Of a stretch of 64,000 bases of DNA, positions 12,501-26,102 are shown piece by piece. This DNA comes from Octopus sinensis (lineage: Eukaryota). The stretch's first letter is position 1. Every line of letters begins with the position of its first letter. The stretch spans positions 60,822,001-60,886,000 of the forward strand of contig NC_042999.1 in NCBI RefSeq assembly GCF_006345805.1, written 5' to 3'. Below the pieces are notes generated by a model. That model had not been told where the DNA came from. It did not search any database and was given only the letters and a program-made list of their open reading frames with translations. Position numbers and translations under genes: made by a program.

Positions 12501-13492
12501 ACGGCTAGGTTTATGTTGTTTATAATTGGTGTTGTTATTGCGTTTATTTTTATTCTTGGGAGGTATGGTCGGTGGTCCATTGTGGGCTCTGTGGTTTTCA
12601 GTTCTTTGATTATTTTACTTTTTATATTATCATAATCATTAGGCTCCCCTTCGTTGTTTACATCGTGTTTGTTGGGAATGTTGCGTTTGTCTTCGTGTTT
12701 TACAGTTTCAGTGTTTATATTATTGGGCATTGTTGTGTGGCTTCTATCTACATTTTCCTGGTGTATTTTTTTCTTTTAAATGTTCTTTTTCTATTTCTGA
12801 TATTTTTTTGGCTTTGAGAATGTATCTTCGTACGTTAGCTAATTTATTAGGGTTCATTGCTGTATCCAAGTCTATATCTCTATTATTTTCCTTCCATATT
12901 TTATATGTATGTGTTGTTGTATTTTCATTTTGTGGGTAGAGTATTGCTGTGAAGTATGCGTGTAAGATAGAAATGTATTCCTCACGTGTCCATTTACGTC
13001 TTTTGGGTTTTAATTGCGGGACATGAGGTACAACGTTCGGCCCATTATTTTGACGGTCGTCATTTTCGTAGGGTACCGGTCCGTTTATTTCTGTTGTCAC
13101 ATTATTTCGCACGTGTAGTTTTTCGTACATTTTTTGTTGTAGGTTTAATGTACGTACCGCTCGATTGTTATTCTTGGGTTGAATAGTATCGGTGGCATTT
13201 AATTTCTTCGTAGTTCCTTTGTACATGGTGTTTGAGGTCGGGGATGATCGTGTTGTTCCACGCATGTTTACATGTGTTGTGTTAGAGGTGGATATAATAT
13301 CGAGTCAAAATACATCATTTCGTTTCGAAAATAGTAATAAATTTCAATTAGTATTACTTACTCGTATATAGTCCAATTCTTTGTTAGTAAATCTCTGGCT
13401 CCATAGGGTGTCCTTGTTTTCGATGTTTGTGGATAGATTTCGGAGCTCTGTGTTTTCCTTCTTACATCTTAAACGTCCCCGGTGTCTCTCTC
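9533..13492 (-). mobile_element. Near full-length R4/Dong-clade non-LTR retrotransposon (RT + CCHC + restriction-like endonuclease) inserted in (TAA)n
   Basis: 3960 bp, with (AAT)n on both sides. The 3' UTR ends ...aaactaaaactactg|aataataat. The single long ORF is broken into the listed fragments (see pseudogene entry). Confidence 0.92.
9630..13265 (-). pseudogene. Disrupted LINE polyprotein: RT, zinc knuckle, REL endonuclease
   Basis: Motifs: KAPGHDKIPNFWLK, YRPITCLPTMFK, QKGCRKGSYGCKDQL, IA*IDYKKAFDSIPH (TAG where W is expected, 11492-11494), GIFQGDTLSPLLF, YMDD, CRIC..HIISSC (short deletion after it), RHDRVG, RPDIVV..D..K..LIDVSIP (PD..D-type nuclease). Several stops and frameshifts. Confidence 0.92.

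Positions 13493-13543
<51 letters not shown>
13493..13543. repeat. (ATT)n tract at the LINE 5' junction
   Basis: 17 ATT units directly abutting the element. Confidence 0.95.
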
Positions 13544-14260
13544 GTCTCTTTCGTATAGTCATATCGATTTTAATAACCTGGTGATAGAACTCAATATACG
13601 TATGCGTAAAAGAAAAAAAAGGGTTAGTTGATTACGGAGCAGTAATAAGAAGTTCACGACATAATTTCTAATACCCACACACTCACAAACGCACACATAC
13701 AAAATTCAAACACGCACATACACATACACATATACATGCATCTGTTGGTGTATATTTATTGAGTTGTATGAATGTATATATATTTATATGTATGTATATA
13801 TGCCTGTATTTCATGTATTCAATTATGCTCATACATATATCGAGGTTTAATATAATACAATAGCGGAAGTCATTGAGAAATTTTTTTCTTCGACCGATTT
13901 AGGTTGTATACAAATGAATCGGAGTGTGAGGTTTTCCTACTGGTTGTATTCAATTTCTAGGAAGTATTGGTCATCCATACCATTATGGTCTGAGTCACGT
14001 TATCACAAAATGAATGTGTCTACGTCAGGTATTTTTTTCTTTTTAGTTACTCTAAGGTTGCAATCACTTGAAAGCTTTGTGGTCACGCTGTCTCCCGTTC
14101 GGAAACATGATATCTATCGAGTTTATATTTTCCCATCTCATCAATGTTTTTCCTTTGTCTTTTGCACATAAGATTCTCGACCCTGATACGATTGGTAAAG
14201 AGGATCACTAATTCATGAACTTCTCTTCGGGTTTTTATAACGTTTTCCTCATATCGATAT

Positions 14261-14563
14261 TTTTATCTTTTATCTTTTACTTGCTTCAGTCATTTAATTC
14301 AGGCCATGCTGGAGCACTGCCTTTAGTCGAGCAAATCGATCCCAGGTCTTATTCTTTAGAAGCTTAGTACTTATTAGTACTTATTCTATCGGTCTTAGAC
14401 GACGGGCTTCGTTCAGTTTCCGTCTACCAAATCCACTCACAAGGCTTTGGTCGGCTCGAAGCTATAAGAGAAGACACTTGCCCAAGGTGCAACGCAGTGG
14501 GACTGAACCCGGAACCATGTGGTTGGGAAGCAAGCTACTTACTACACAACCACTCCTGCGCCT
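14261..14563 (-). mobile_element. SINE family A with the central microsatellite segment deleted
   Basis: Tail and head halves are joined directly (ctatcggtctt|agacgacgggcttc). Confidence 0.85.
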
Positions 14564-15212
14564 ATTATCTATATTTATTTATCTTAATTTAAGAACCTTA
14601 TTTAGCTTTTTGTCTTTATTTTGCATATACTTTTACGTTTAAATATGACAAATGCGCATGAAGTTTATCAGAACACTGCCTTAAACTTGAGCAGTTGAGC
14701 TTTGATTCGGTGGGGTTAAAATGGTAGGTGTTCCGACTATAACAAACCATTCTAGAGTATTATCTGAGAGAGGGAGAGAGAGAGAGAGAGAAAGTTTGAG
14801 AAATGACAGTGAGAGAGAGCTATCTTCAATTTCTAGATTGCTGTTCTGTGACACGTTTGTTTAGATTAAAGTAAGATCTGCAATTTAACGAAAAAAATAT
14901 AATTAATTTGTGAAATATGTTATTTTCTGAATGTTTATTTACCATATTGTTATTGTTTATTGCTTGAATGTTTACACTGCGTTTGAAACTTTGTTATTCA
15001 ACTTAGATACTGAAGAGCAATGTCTTGGAGAAGTTCGAGGAAAAAATCGTTTCTCATACGTGAAGACTACATCAAATTAAGAATAATCCAATAATAACTA
15101 ATATGATAAAATTCTACAAACTTTCTGTAAAAATAAAATTATATTTATTGGGAAAATATAATTATAAATATTAAAATAAAGATAAAAGTGTGAAGTGTTT
15201 TCAACTGACATA

Positions 15213-15283
<71 letters not shown>

Positions 15284-15462
15284 TATAATATATACACATA
15301 TATATCGGATAAAAGTACATTTGTTGGTAAGTTAGTACCATATACATATGGCATGCATATATAAATATATATGTATATACATACATACATACATACATAC
15401 ATACATACATACATACATACATACATACATACATACATACATACATACATACATACATACAT

Positions 15463-15513
<51 letters not shown>

Positions 15514-18500
15514 TACATATTTGTGTGTGTGTGTGTGTGCATGTACATATGTATATATGTTACTGGATAATGAAGAAATGTACTTTTATACAAAATCCAG
15601 CAATCCATGAGTAAACCACGTTCAAGGAACCGGTAAGATATAGAAAGTACTGAAGAGGTTGGCCTCTATCATTGCAACGGTGTGCAGGTAATTGAATATT
15701 TTTTCTTCATACATGCTTTTCCCGTCCTTAAACTAGAAGGTAACATCTACAAGACTGACATGCCCTATATGTTTATCTCGGTAATTATTGTGAAAGATTC
15801 TAACATCATTTTCGTATGTTCTTTGTCTCCTACTAATAATTTTTGCCTGTTTTGAACACAACTGTCTACCTTCGAAGACATCGTGATAGAAGAAAGGAGA
15901 AACTGTAATTAAAACATGTTTAATTTGAGGTTCCACAGAAGTAATAATTTTTTGACTATATAGTATTGGAGAAATTGTGTAGTGTTTCGCTAATATTATA
16001 TAATACACAAGCAAAATGTCTTAACATTGTAAAATAAATAATTTGCAATAAAAAAAAGCGGACTACGATAAAACAAAAATTACGTCTTTCATTAAATCGA
16101 GACAGAGTCAGAGATAAAAACTAATTCGTCTTATTAACCTCTGCAACGGGTAAATAACAAATTTTTTTCTCCCCGGAGATGATTTACAATGGCAAAGAAA
16201 ATATTATACATAACTGTGAAAATATAATAGAAATTACACACAGAGAGACTAATTTACACACAGATAATATAAATAAGAAGAGACATACGTCAATGTCACA
16301 CACCCACACACAAACACACATACATATTATATATAGGTGTGTGTGTGTATGCACATATATATATATATATATACATATATGTATATATGCATTTATATAT
16401 GTAGACATATATACTTATATATATATATATACACATATGATTGTATATACACATATGATTGTATACACACATACATACGCATATACATAGATATATACAT
16501 ACATACGCAAATACGTAGACATACACATACATATATGCATACATACATACATACAAACATACATACATGATGATGAAAACTGTAGTCTCGCGCAGTCGGA
16601 GAAAGACGGTTCAGCAATTACTGAATAACCTGCACAAATGATTTGCTTCTAGTGATTGAATACTTGTGTTGTACACTAGTTTATTCCATCCGTTAAAATC
16701 AACGCTGCCGGAACAGGTACTCGGTGTGCCGAATTAATTGCAGCGCAACTCAATATGAATCATCTTGCTGAAGTACACAACACATTAGCTGGTCAAGGAA
16801 GTAGAATTAAAATCTCACAATTGTGAGTTCAACACCCTAAACACCAAGCCATGCGCCCTTAACACATACATACATACATAAGTACGTACGTACATACATA
16901 CATACATACACGCAAACATACATACATACATACATACATACATACATACATACATACATACATACATACATACATACATACATACATACATACATACATA
17001 ATGCAAGTAAATCCACATAGAGGCACAAAGTGTGTCCAAAACCAATCCGACCTTTTAATAAAGAGTGACAAGCACACGCCTTATCGAGCCACCAACATCA
17101 TGTCTACAACGAATGACCTCGACCGGTAGTTTGATATTCTATATGGCTCATCATTGGATATTTATCCTCTCCTTCTAGAGTGACAATGATTTTAGAGCAG
17201 TTGGTGTTTCTTTCAGAAGGTGAACAATGAAGAATTTGGTAAAAAAAAAAAAGTTGAAAATGTTCCGAAATGCCATGAAAATTACCTTATTTACGCTTAT
17301 TTACGCTGGCAGTTTTGTCATTTCTCATTTTAGATGTGGTAGATGTGTGTCTAGAAGTGATAACACATATTAATCAGTCACTGAAGATAAATTTTTCCTC
17401 ATACGAAAATACTGCCATACTCGTAAGTTTCCTAGTAATTGCAGCTTCTTCTTTACATAAGGCAGAATCTTGCGTTTGTATTCAGTTTAAGTGAAAAGAG
17501 ATTCACTACCCGCCGCCCTTCGAACAGAGATGGAGATTACTCTTTGGGAAACCAAAAGCTACAATTGCTTTAGTGAATGACAGAAAGAATGATTCTTTAA
17601 GCAGAGACCATAATATAATAGAATATATTTCATTTCTTTCCGCATAGTAAGGATATTATCCAATAGCGCAATAATCTGGGACAAACTTAGAATCTGAAGG
17701 AGATATAATTTGCAGTTCTAGTTCTAAATCGTTGATGATTGAGACAATATAAGTCATTATGAAATATAATACTAGATATGGCATAGAAACATATTATTCC
17801 AAAGAAACTCATAAATCATAACACAGATAAGAAATTACTGTAGGTTCTTCTCGTGTTCTGTAATATTTTTTCCACAAAGCAATGCCCTCGTGACATCAAC
17901 ACACATCATTCAGTTTTTAATTGTTCATAAATTCAATTAGTATACTCTGGAGAATGATGGCTACATTCATTAGACTGAAATCAATCTATTGTTTTCAAAT
18001 AATTGCCATAGGCCACAAAGCTGCCCTCTGATATTCATACTCTAGTTTTCAGCCTTCTCTCCTGTCAAAATAATTAAAAATAAACAAAGAAAAAAACGTA
18101 TTTAGCAGCTATATCAGAACATAGATAGTTTCATCGACAACGAGATACTCCAATACACTTTCCACGCCGGCTCGGGATAGAACTATGCAATCCGAATCAG
18201 CACTTATTCGGACTTACTTTCTTCCTTGATGGCTAGGCGCACCACATATTGCTCGTACGTTTTATTTTGGCATGGTTTCTAAGGTTGTAATCTTCTTCCC
18301 TTTCAAACAAGTCACTTTCCAAAATCTGTTGTCTATATATCATGGTTGTAGCATTGCAGGGGTTGCCATGTCGACAAAGTGACAAGACTAATGGGTAATC
18401 TCGAACATATATTCATTTCGATCGTTCTCCGGTTTCTATATATAATATATTGTATGCATTCTATCGTTGTTGAGGTATTAAAGATTGCCGTGTATCCCGC

Positions 18501-19671
18501 CAGACAAAAGGCTTGCCAATTCTCACATTATATTTGTTAGTTCGGGGCAATGTAAGTACAGAGTGAGTAATAGAGAGGAGGAGTGTCTTCGGTAGACAAT
18601 GGAAACAGAGTGATCAGTGTGGTAGATTGGAAGTTGATGGGAAAATGGGTGAGGCTGGCCTGGAAGTAATGAATTGGAGTGAGTTGTTGAAGAGAGTAAC
18701 GGTTGATGTATATATACGTTTGTGTGTGCTTATGTGTGTACGTGTGTTTGTTGTGTGCGTGTGGTTGAATATGTATCTATATGCATGTATCTTTATATAG
18801 CTATGCAAGTGTGTACATATATATGATCGCCTTAGCTAGCATTTGAATTTAATAGCATTTGGCGTAATAGAGATAAATCAATGGAAACGTTCTTCTTATC
18901 ATGTGCAACAATACTGGTTACTTTGTGTTAGGGCTTTTGCTTGAATGTTGAGTGTCTTCCTTATACATGAATATAACTAATCTCTTAGTGAAAGGAGGTA
19001 GAGATAAAAGCCAGCTTAATGAAAGCATGAGTTTATCTATCAGAGAAATGATATACATTTCAAACACATTCGGATATATTTAACTTCAATGTTGATACTT
19101 TATCTACCTTATAATTACACGAAGTTACATGACGTGTGGTCAACTTATACATTGTTTCAGGAGAAAAAGAGTGAAACCCTTTCAGATCAAACCATACCAT
19201 TTAAAAATTGTAAGACGCTGGATAATGTAGTCTTAGATATACTAGGACACCTTCAATCATATATATGCTAAATTGTGGTTGCCCTGGTGTTAAAAAATAG
19301 CAACAGCGGTAGCAAAGAAAAGAACAACAACATGAATATAGTGAGCATCATAATTCATTTTCTTTAGAAACATTATTGCATATATGTATCAATGGGTTCT
19401 TCCGAAGAATAGGGACAGCGCCGATTGCATTTATCAAACATTAGATATTGAGACTGGTGTGTAACAAGAAATCATAATTCACGTGTTGTTCTACGATGTT
19501 GGACTTCAATATATCGTGTCATGTCCAGATTGATCTGAGCAATAAAACGCTGCAATCCTTCGTTATAAAGTGTAATCGAACACTTGGTGGCGGTCTTTAA
19601 CCGAAGGACTGATTAAGTTTACTGCCCATTTTTTAGAACACTACATAGATATTGAAAGAATATATTTTTTA

Positions 19672-20003
19672 TTCTTTTACTTCAATCAGTCACTGAACTG
19701 CAAACATACTAAGGCACCGTTCTCCCCTAACATATATTCCTTTTCAATCTGGTACTTATTCTAGCGTCCCGTATTATAGAAACCGTTATGTTATGGGAAC
19801 ATAAACCATACCAAAAATAGCTCACAGGTACAAACACACTCACACAGGCACGCGCTCACGCACACGTGCGTGAGTCTCTTCTATGCAGTTTCCTTCAACT
19901 AAATTCGCTTACAAGTCAGTAGTCGGCCCGAGGTTAGTGTAGAAGTCAGTTGTCCCGTGGGATTGAACCCGAAGTCACGAACGAAGCGAATTTCTTAAGC
20001 TCA
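19672..20003 (-). mobile_element. Highly degenerate SINE family A
   Basis: Residual motifs ggtacttattcta, gtcggcccgagg, tgggattgaacccg, tail cttttacttc. Confidence 0.55.
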
Positions 20004-21961
20004 CTGTCGAAGCTGTATCTAACTTCGTTAAAATACAGCCACACCTCAGACTGAAAGAAAATATTTCCCTTTCTCGCTGCTGAACGTGGCCTTAGTTCAC
20101 TAATTTAGTTGGGAAAAATGTTGGTATTATGGAAACTTTTGATTATATTTTCTTAACCGAGAATATATTTTATGCGTTATAAATACTAGAAATAATGATT
20201 TAATCTGTGAAATTGAAGATGTCTCAAGTGTGTAAAAGAATGCTTTCGTAAACAAATATTGTCTAGCTTTTAAACATTTTTTTCCAGGAAGCATAACGTA
20301 ATAGTTTTTTATGCGCAGTTAAACTTCAAATTTTATCTTCATATAGTTGTAGTAATGGCCTCATATTTCCCGCAATGTTTTAAAATATATTCCTGTTAAG
20401 GTATCACAAATAATTAGTCAAATTACTATATGAGAAGTTTCGTTGAAATCTGAACTGTCTAAAAATCTAATATCACTTTATTATAAAGGAATAAATATAG
20501 TTTTGCAACATTTAAAGAAGATGACAGATCCTTTTTCGGCATCGACCTTGAAAAATAAGTACGTTCGCCCGACTGTATTCCATCTCCCGAAATTAACCTG
20601 TGAAGAGAGAAGTATTTCGCAGACACGTGTAACGATATGGCAATACTCAGGCCGAAATAGCGTGATAGTTGTTTTACAAGGCTGGAACTTAGGATTAGAG
20701 AAACGATAAAGAAAGAAACAAAGAGAGACTAAAAGGAAGAACTCCATACCCCCATCAAATACTGGATTGTTCTTTTATAGGAATGGTAAAGTTGATATCA
20801 GCGGGAATTGAACTTAATTTGGGAAGAATGCTGCAAGTTATTCAGTCCGATTCTCTAAGTATTCTAACAAATGATTCTGTTTACAGAAATCAGATTTGCC
20901 TGTGTAAAATGAGAACGAATGTGTAAAGCCTGATTTTGAAGAGTAATAATTCTGTTGTCACTTATGTTTTACAACATCGGTAGTTTTATTTTCCAGTATA
21001 ATGGAGGTTATCAAATTTTCATTATAGTAGGGAAAAAAATTTTCTAAAGGATCCATCAAATACTCGATACAGATTTTATTTAGAAATGCAGTCGACAGAT
21101 GTCATCCAGGACGTCTCAAGGTGGCAAAGCGCTATTGCTCGATGAAAGATAAATGGAGACTATTTTTAGCAAACGTTCGACACGAACGGAAAGAGTTTGA
21201 GAGATATCAAATGTCTGAAGCAATATAAATCAACTGCGGCATCGTAAATGGAGCCAGTATGAAGATGTTATAGAATGATTACTGCCAGTGTAAAAAGAAT
21301 TATTGTTCGGTGAATCACTCGGAAACAACATCAGCTGCTTCAAGTTGCAGGAATAAGTTATCGTTTTTCTCTTCCTTTCTTATTTTTTAATTTTTTTTGC
21401 CTTTGTATAAATCAGTAACAATGTACAAATAAAACAAAATAAACATGGCCACAACGGGATGATGCTGTGTGGCATTATTTATGATTGGAAAGAACTAAAT
21501 CAATACAGAGAAAAATAACTAAATCTTGACATTTACGTTTTTGTGCGCTGTCTTTGAGCGTAATTGTGTGAGTGTGCGCATGCGTTTAAGTGTATTTGCA
21601 CGCATTTATAAATGAATGCATGTGTGTAAACGCGTGTTGTTGATTCTTTTGTTTTCTTACTGGTTTCGTGTTTGCTTCATATGTGACTACGCAGCCCCTG
21701 TATTTCAATATCAAAGTCAATGCATGTTTCTATGCACAATGTTCTGCATTAACATCATTCATATTGCACTCAATCCATTTAAATAAGTGAAATGAAATTC
21801 CATCTGCGAACATAAACATTAACCTCGGATGCATGTGTATACATACATATGCACATATATACTTGCATCTCTGCCCACCTGCCTACATATCAATCTATCT
21901 ATCTACTTTTCTTTCTTTCTCTCTCTATCCACGCATACACACGCACCTATATATATATATA

Positions 21962-23972
21962 TATTCCATTATTGTTTTTTTTTTTTTTTTTTTTTTTTTT
22001 ATATCTGTCCCTTTTGCTGTCCTGGTGTTCGTATGCATTCGATCCTTCTTCCAGGAAATCTACGCTTCCAGCTTAGTTTTTCTAATGCTCGTTGCTTAGT
22101 TTTTCTTGGAGGGCTGGCCGTGATCTAGTAATCTCAAGATTAATCAGCCGAAATTACTACGATGATCCGGTTCTTGACTGAAGACTGAGGGGTTCGAATG
22201 TCCTGTCCATGTTTATTGTATCGTCTTCTATGAGTTATACGTTCTTGTCCATGTTGTATTTTTCTACATACCTTAACATATATTCCAGGCGCCCCGTACC
22301 CCCCTTATCATTAATGTGAACACATATTCTTAATAATTGGTACGACTCTCTGTTTGTCTCTCTCTCTCTCATTTTTACTTGATCTGTCCCCTTCTCTCTC
22401 TCTTTTCTCTCTATTCATCTTCTCTTCCTCTGATCCTTTGGTCTAGTCTTCCACTACCTCCTATTTCTTTGTCTCGCTCTGCACTCACAGGTCATTCTTC
22501 GACACCCATCCCTTCTCCTCTCTGATTCCTTCTTTCTCTCTCTTCTCTCTCTTTGTTGCGTTTTGTCCCCCTTTTCTCTCTCTCTCTTCCTTTGCTTCTC
22601 TTTCTTTTCTTTTCCCTCTTCTCTGTCACGTGACTGTTGGCCGAAATCTGCCTTTCAGCTCCTGACCCTCGTCGTGTTAACATCGTTGTTTTTCGTCCGC
22701 CGCTATAAAGGCTTTTTCCAATGCGCCAGAGAAAAAATTTGTTTGCTTGTTATCAGTCGTAAGACACTTGTTGTTTTCACCGTTAATGCTTCTGTATTTC
22801 ATGTTTCTGTATTCCATTATTGTTTTTTTTTTTTTTTTTTTTTTTTTTATATCTGTCCCTTTTGCTGTCTTGGTGTTCGTATGCATTCGATCCTTCTTCC
22901 AGGAAATCTACGCTTCCAGCTTAGTTTTTCTAATGCTCGTTGCTTAGTTTTTCTTGGAGGGCTGGCCGTGATCTAGTAATCTCAAGATTAATCAGCCGAA
23001 ATTACTACGATGATCCGGTTCTTGACTGAAGACTGAGGGGTTCGAATGTCCTGTCCATGTTTATTGTATCGTCTTCTATGAGTTATACGTTCTTGTCCAT
23101 GTTGTATTTTTCTACATACCTTAACATATATTCCAGGCGCCCCGTACCCCCCTTATCATTAATGTGAACACATATTCTTAATAATTGGTACGACTCTCTG
23201 TTTGTCTCTCTCTCTCTCTCATTTTTACTTGATCTGTCCCCTCTCTCTCTCTTTTCTCTCTATTCATCTTCTCTTTCCTCTGATCCTTTGGTCTAGTCTT
23301 CCACTACCCTCCTATTTCTTTGTCTCGCTCTGCACTCACAGGTCATTCTTCGACACCATCCCTTCTCCTCTCTGATTCCTTCTTTCTCTCTCTTCTCTCT
23401 CTTTGTTGCGTTTTGTCCCCCTTTTCTCTCTCTCTCTTCCTTTGCTTCTCTTTCTTTTCTTTTCCCTCTTCTCTGTCACGTGACTGTTGGCCGAAATCTG
23501 CCTTTCAGCTCCTGACCCTTGTCGTGTTAACATCGTTGTTTTTCGTCCGCCGCTATAAAGGCTTTTTCCAATGCGCCAGAGAAAAAATTTGTTTGCTTGT
23601 TATCAGTCGTAAGACACTTGTTGTTTTCACCGTTAATGCTTCTGTATTTCATGTTTCTGTATTCCATTATTGTTTTTTGTTTTTTTTTTTTTTTTTTTTT
23701 ATCTGTCCCTTTTGCTGTCCTGGTGTTCGTATGCATTCGATCCTTCTTCCAGGAAATCTACGCTTCCAGCTTAGTTTTTCTAATGCTCGTTGCTTAGTTT
23801 TTCTTGGAGGGCTGGCCGTGATCTAGTAATCTCAAGATTAATCAGCCGAAATTACTACGATGATCCGGTCTTGACTGAAGACTGAGGGGTTCGAATGTCC
23901 TGTCCATGTTTATTGTATCGTCTTCTATGAGTTATACGTTCTTGTCCATGTTGTATTTTTCTACATACCTTA
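21962..23972. repeat. Tandem repeat, ~848-bp unit x ~2.4, probably PLE-terminus derived
   Basis: Unit start tattccattattg at 21962, 22810 and 23660. The units are nearly identical apart from homopolymer/dinucleotide indels. Each contains a pyrimidine-rich block, gtcacgtgac and ctgaagactgaggggttcgaatgtc. Confidence 0.9.
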
Positions 23973-24074
23973 ATATATATATATTATATATATATACATA
24001 CATATATATATGTATATATGTATATTTATTTTATCTAGTTTCAGCTCACGAGCTGTGGCCATATATACACACAC

Positions 24075-24128
<54 letters not shown>

Positions 24129-24292
24129 TATATATATGCATACATACATATGTAGACATCTGACATGTGGCACCCATTGCACCCGTACAGGGGAGACTGA
24201 GCTTATATCTACACAAACATTTGATCACTTTAAACAAATCATCTGTGTGGTTGTTCGGTAAGAAATTGTCGAAGCCTCGTACGTCACCTACC

Positions 24293-24763
24293 TATTTCTT
24301 TACTACCCACAAGGGGCTAAACACAGAGAGGAGAAACAAGGACAGACAAAGGGATTAAGTCGATTATATCGACCCCAGTGCGTAACTGGTACTTAATTGA
24401 ACGACCCCCGAAAGGATGAAAGGCAAAGTCGACCTCGGCGGAATTTGAACGCAGAACGTAACGGCAGACGAAATACGGCTACGCATTTCGCCCGTCGTCC
24501 TAACGTTTCTGCCAGCTCGCCACCTTTATTTTTTTCTTTTTTATTACCCACAAGGGGCTAAACACAGAGGAGACAAACAAAGACAAAGGGATTAAGTCGA
24601 TTACATCGACACCAGTGCGTAACTGGTACTCAATTTATCGACCCCGAAAGGATGAAAGGCAAAGTCAGCCTCGGCGGAATTTGAACTCAGAACGCAGTGG
24701 CGGACGAAATACCGCAAAGCATTTCGCCCGGCGTGCTAACACTTCTGCCAGCTCGCCGCTTTG
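24293..24763 (-). mobile_element. Two complete family C SINEs head-to-tail within one 17-bp TSD
   Basis: TSD ctcgtacgtcacctacc at 24276-24292 and 24764-24780. Each monomer has the head gcgagctggcagaa..gttag and body gcctttcatcctttcggggtcg. Confidence 0.9.
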
Positions 24764-24804
24764 CTCGTACGTCACCTACCGATCGAGAGTCATCATCATT
24801 ATCG

Positions 24805-24886
<82 letters not shown>

Positions 24887-25020
24887 ATAGGTGAATGAAT
24901 TATCCTATGTTTATCGTCAGCCTGGAAAATTCGTTGAACCGATACCAGGGTAGCAAATTCGCGTCAGAAACACGGTTGAAGCGACCTGTCCAAGGGTAGA
25001 AACTCCGGGTTCATTTGCAG

Positions 25021-25455
25021 AAATTTATATTATATTAAATTAGAGACAAAACCACTATTAGGCAAATCAAACAATGAAAAACTTAAGCCAATACATAAGA
25101 TTATTTAATTTATATTATTTAAATATATAACAAATTGTTAAAATTGTTTAAACCTCGCCAAGATAAATATTTAAAACACCTGATGAATGACTGTGACTCG
25201 AAAATTTGAAGAAGTTAGCAGCCATGAAACGATCGTAGTGTGATATTAATTATATTCTTTTAATAATTTTGTTATATATTTAAATAATATAAATTAAATA
25301 ATTTTATGTTTTGGCTTAAGTTTTTCATTGTTTGATTTGCCTAATAGTTGTTTTGTCTCTAATTTGATATAATATAATATTTTACTATAAAATTGGATTC
25401 AATCCTAAATCTGATTTTTCCCTGTAAGTTTGGATTTATTCCCTAATATTTATTA

Positions 25456-25460
<5 letters not shown>
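25021..25460. mobile_element. Fold-back PLE-type terminus with ~120-bp inverted arms
   Basis: 25021-25140 is the reverse complement of about 25268-25385. The spacer contains cctgatga...cgaaa (25180-25203). Confidence 0.6.
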
Positions 25461-25497
<37 letters not shown>

Positions 25498-25592
25498 ATA
25501 TATATATATGTATAAATGCATATATATATGTATATATATATACACACTAAAACATATATGTATATATCTATCTATCTCTTTATAAATTCACT

Positions 25593-25965
25593 GATGTGAC
25601 AGTGTGTTTAAGAAGTTCGCTTTCCAACCATGGGGTTTGAATTGAATCCCACCGCGTGGCATAATAGATTGGGGTATTCTATATATCCACGGGAGGACTC
25701 GTTCCAAGAGAATGAGAGTAAAGTTTGGAGACGGAAAGTGCGCTGAAGCCCGTCATTTGTGTCCATTTATGTGTATGTGTGTGTGTGAATATATGTATGT
25801 AGAAATGTATATATTTGTCTTTTTCTTCGTACTGTTGGTCCCTAGCTTAACAATTTGTCTGGGTTTGCGTACGCTCCGTTAACGTAGCAATACGTCAAAA
25901 GAGACTGGTAGATGATGTACGGGACTTAGAATAAGTACTACAGCCGGTTTGTTTACCTAAATGTA
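25593..25965 (+). mobile_element. Degenerate SINE family A
   Basis: Residual aatcccaccgcgtggc, ggagacggaaa, gaagcccgtc, aaaagagac, agaataagtac. Confidence 0.55.
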
Positions 25966-26102
25966 CTAAGTGTGTCCCAGCGCCAGCATGACCAAGTGTG
26001 CCATCCTCTTTTTATATTTCCTCCATCTTCTCGACAGCAGTAAACTCGATTTCTAGAAGCAGGTTCAAAACGCGAAGCCGGGCCACCCATCCATTCTCCA
26101 AA

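Noticed and set aside
13380-13492. HDV-like ribozyme expected at the 5' end of an R4-clade LINE
   Set aside because: I could not fold the nested double pseudoknot by eye. The copy may be slightly 5'-truncated; a descriptor search is needed.
15733-16014. 93-aa minus-strand ORF in unique sequence (SQKIITSVEPQIKHVL...)
   Set aside because: No recognisable motif, no convincing splice pair, and a non-ATG start. Cannot be distinguished from chance; a tBLASTn would settle it.
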